DNA of 19,297 nt from an uncultured bacterium (lineage in GTDB: Bacteria > T1Sed10-126): contig CAZMIT010000024.1 in NCBI GenBank assembly GCA_964566495.1, positions 1 through 19,297 on the forward strand. The letters run 5' to 3'. Shown piece by piece: positions 17,388 to 19,297 of this stretch. The notes under the pieces are model-generated. The model did no database searches. It worked only from the letters and a program-made list of their open reading frames with translations, and had not been told where the DNA came from. Made by a program: the position numbers and the translations under genes. Within the stretch, counting starts at the first letter, position 1. Each line of letters opens with the position of its first letter.

Positions 17388-17514
17388 TTTAGTTCACCTT
17401 TTTTCATTTCAAACTCAGGTTGAAAGTTGAAAATCTTTTGGTGGACAAGATGCTAGAATCAAGATAAAATAAACATTGAGAGTAATATTGACTTTAAAAA
17501 GATACTTCTTATTT

Positions 17515-17538
17515 CAAGAAAGAGGCGCCTCTTTCTTG
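17515..17538. promoter_or_regulatory. Perfect 24-bp palindrome in the divergent control region
   Basis: CAAGAAAGAGGCGCCTCTTTCTTG. Confidence 0.55.
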
Positions 17539-17717
17539 TTTTCCCACAACCCTTAATTGTCAAAAAGAGTTTGAAAGGGTTTAAAAATTGATTACAAAGC
17601 AATTGAGCCAATTGAGTTCTTATCAATTTTATTTTTAGAAGTAAGTTGCCAATATAGAGAAAATTAACTGTTTTCTCTAAAAATACACAGTAAAGTGTTT
17701 ATTTTTTTACTATAGTT

Positions 17718-17746
17718 ATTATATCATACTTTTAGGCGGTTTTCAA
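17718..17746 (-). promoter_or_regulatory. Sigma70-type promoter facing the cargo cluster
   Basis: Minus strand TTGAAA-N17-TATAAT with an extended -10 TG. Confidence 0.75.
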
Positions 17747-17795
17747 GGCAGTTGTAGTAAATATTCTAACTCTGTTATATTTGGAGGCAAAAGCT

Positions 17796-18455
17796 ATGGG
17801 GAAAATCCTATCTTATGATAATGAAAAAACCTTACGGGGGGCTAGAAAGGTCGAGGGACTCACGCAGGAGGAGCTATCCGAACAGGCTCAAATAACACAG
17901 GGGCAAATCTCTGGCGTTGAGCGCGGGGAGAGATTGCTTCACTGGGCTTTCGCTGCCCGGGCGGCTTCCCCATTACCGGTTTCTCCTACTGATCTTTTCA
18001 TTAATCAAAATATGTGGGCGGCCGAAAAGAAGCTGACCGAAAAACGAATGGATTTAGATGTCCTTGAAGAAGAGGTAGAAGAGTTTGCAGGCTGGCGGGG
18101 TTACGCAGATCCAAGAGAAAAGCAGACAAAATTCCGTGAAGGGGTAATCTTACACGGCAATATATTAGACATAGCTCATGAGACCCGTTCTGAAATTAAC
18201 AATATTTTCCAGGCTTTTGGAAAATACTGGTTATCGATAAGCGAAATGAAAGGCGAAACACAGGTAAAGAAAATGATGACCGAGGCTCAAAAAACGATTG
18301 ACAGGACCCTGAATTTGGTTGAACAACTAGAAATGGATTCTACTTCGATTCACCTTTTTCGCTTGAGTCTGGATAGAAAAACAGATGATCCAAGTCTTAC
18401 TTATGAAGCAAAACACAGGTCAAAGGAGGATGACCCCGAAAGCGAAGCGTGGTAG
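17796..18455 (+). CDS. XRE-family HTH transcriptional regulator with an unknown helical C-terminal domain (219 aa)
   Basis: LRGARKVEGLTQEELSEQAQITQGQISGVERGER HTH. GGAGG RBS 8 nt before the ATG at 17796. Confidence 0.8.
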   Translation: MGKILSYDNEKTLRGARKVEGLTQEELSEQAQITQGQISGVERGERLLHWAFAARAASPLPVSPTDLFINQNMWAAEKKLTEKRMDLDVLEEEVEEFAGWRGYADPREKQTKFREGVILHGNILDIAHETRSEINNIFQAFGKYWLSISEMKGETQVKKMMTEAQKTIDRTLNLVEQLEMDSTSIHLFRLSLDRKTDDPSLTYEAKHRSKEDDPESEAW

Positions 18456-18593
18456 AACACCTGAGAAGTAAAGGCAAAAATTATCTGAAAAATAAGTGAT
18501 AGGATTAAATCAAATATGCTCGAGAAAACTTCAGAATTAGGTAGGCAAGAATTACAGATGGAGACCAGTTAATTTATCAGGAGGCGACGATAA

Positions 18594-19194
18594 ATGAGAG
18601 GGTCTGTCACGAAGGTGGAGAGGAAAACAAAAAGTAACGGTTGGCGGGTCAGGGTGGAAGTGCCTTCTTATGGTGGCGGTCGAGAGTGGAGGTCACGAAC
18701 TTTTGAAACCAAGAAAAAGGCTGAAGAATGGCAGGCCAAAATAAATCATGAGATAAACCAGGGGGAGTATGTGAAAACCAAAAACCCATCGCTCCAAGAG
18801 AACCCTCCCTTTGCCGCGCCTGGCGGTCAATGAGCTAAAAAAACATAGACGACGACAGCAGGAGCAAAGACTAAAATGCGGTGAAATTTGGAAGAATGAA
18901 CACAACCTGGTTTTTACCAGTCCAGTCGGCAAGCCGATAACCCCCCGCAACTTGAACCGTTGCTTCAAGCGTCTGCTGGATAAAGGCGATCTACCTGATA
19001 TAACTCTACACGAGCTGCGCCACACCTGCGGCACCCTACTGGCCGAGCAAGGCGAGCATCCAAAAGTGGTGCAGTCCATCCTTGGCCACAAGAATATTTC
19101 AACAACAATGGATATATATTCTCACGTTTCAGACCAGTGGAAAGAGGAAGCCACACAAGCTCTGGAAAATCGTATAACCCGCACCGGAAGCTAA
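18594..19194 (+). pseudogene. Phage/ICE tyrosine integrase with an internal deletion and frameshift
   Basis: N-terminal arm-binding region (WRVRV...SRTFETKKKAEEW...GEYVK) joined out of frame at ~18775 to KPKTHRSKRTLPLP...HELRHTCGTLL...LGHKNISTTMDIYSHV. The core-binding domain and first catalytic Arg are absent. Confidence 0.9.
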
Positions 19195-19297
19195 ATAATT
19201 TTCACTTTTCAAACTATTTTTCCTATGATGAGCCCGGTCTAATCAGACTCCCTCTGAAGACAGGGGCTTTCGATAAGGAAACACGTAGAAGGCAAGA

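Larger units (their letters stand above)
10661..19194. mobile_element. Decaying integrative element / genomic island (boundaries uncertain)
   Basis: Tyrosine integrase remnant next to an XRE regulator and a divergent cluster of accessory genes. No att sites identified, and the left edge could extend over the array. Confidence 0.55.

Noticed and set aside
19195..19297. att site or tRNA end after the integrase
   Set aside because: I saw no tRNA-like sequence and no matching repeat elsewhere in the window, only weak hairpins.

Overview
Bacterial DNA with an acidic, Glu-rich proteome; a likely outer-membrane beta-barrel gene suggests a diderm host. Left part (1-8.8 kb): an internally deleted AlbA/Schlafen-type regulator pseudogene, an intact addAB-like helicase-nuclease pair bracketed by a 48-bp direct repeat, and a small membrane protein gene. 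Middle (8.8-10.6 kb): short repeats, a hypothetical gene and a non-coding, strand-specific array with a ~48-nt period (conserved CGAA core, weaker TGYTGG motif, variable intervening sequence) followed by a stem-loop. Right part (10.6-19.2 kb): a decaying integrative element with an internally deleted tyrosine integrase, an XRE regulator and a divergent cargo cluster. The cluster encodes a Dbr1 (lariat-debranching enzyme)-like metallophosphoesterase, three paralogous short metallophosphoesterases, an MNT nucleotidyltransferase with no HEPN partner, a Lon-type AAA+ ATPase with no protease domain, a probable outer-membrane protein and two paralogous Cys/His microproteins, one of them absent from the ORF track. 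The best candidates for an undescribed system are this cluster and the periodic array next to it. All calls are by eye; no searches were run.
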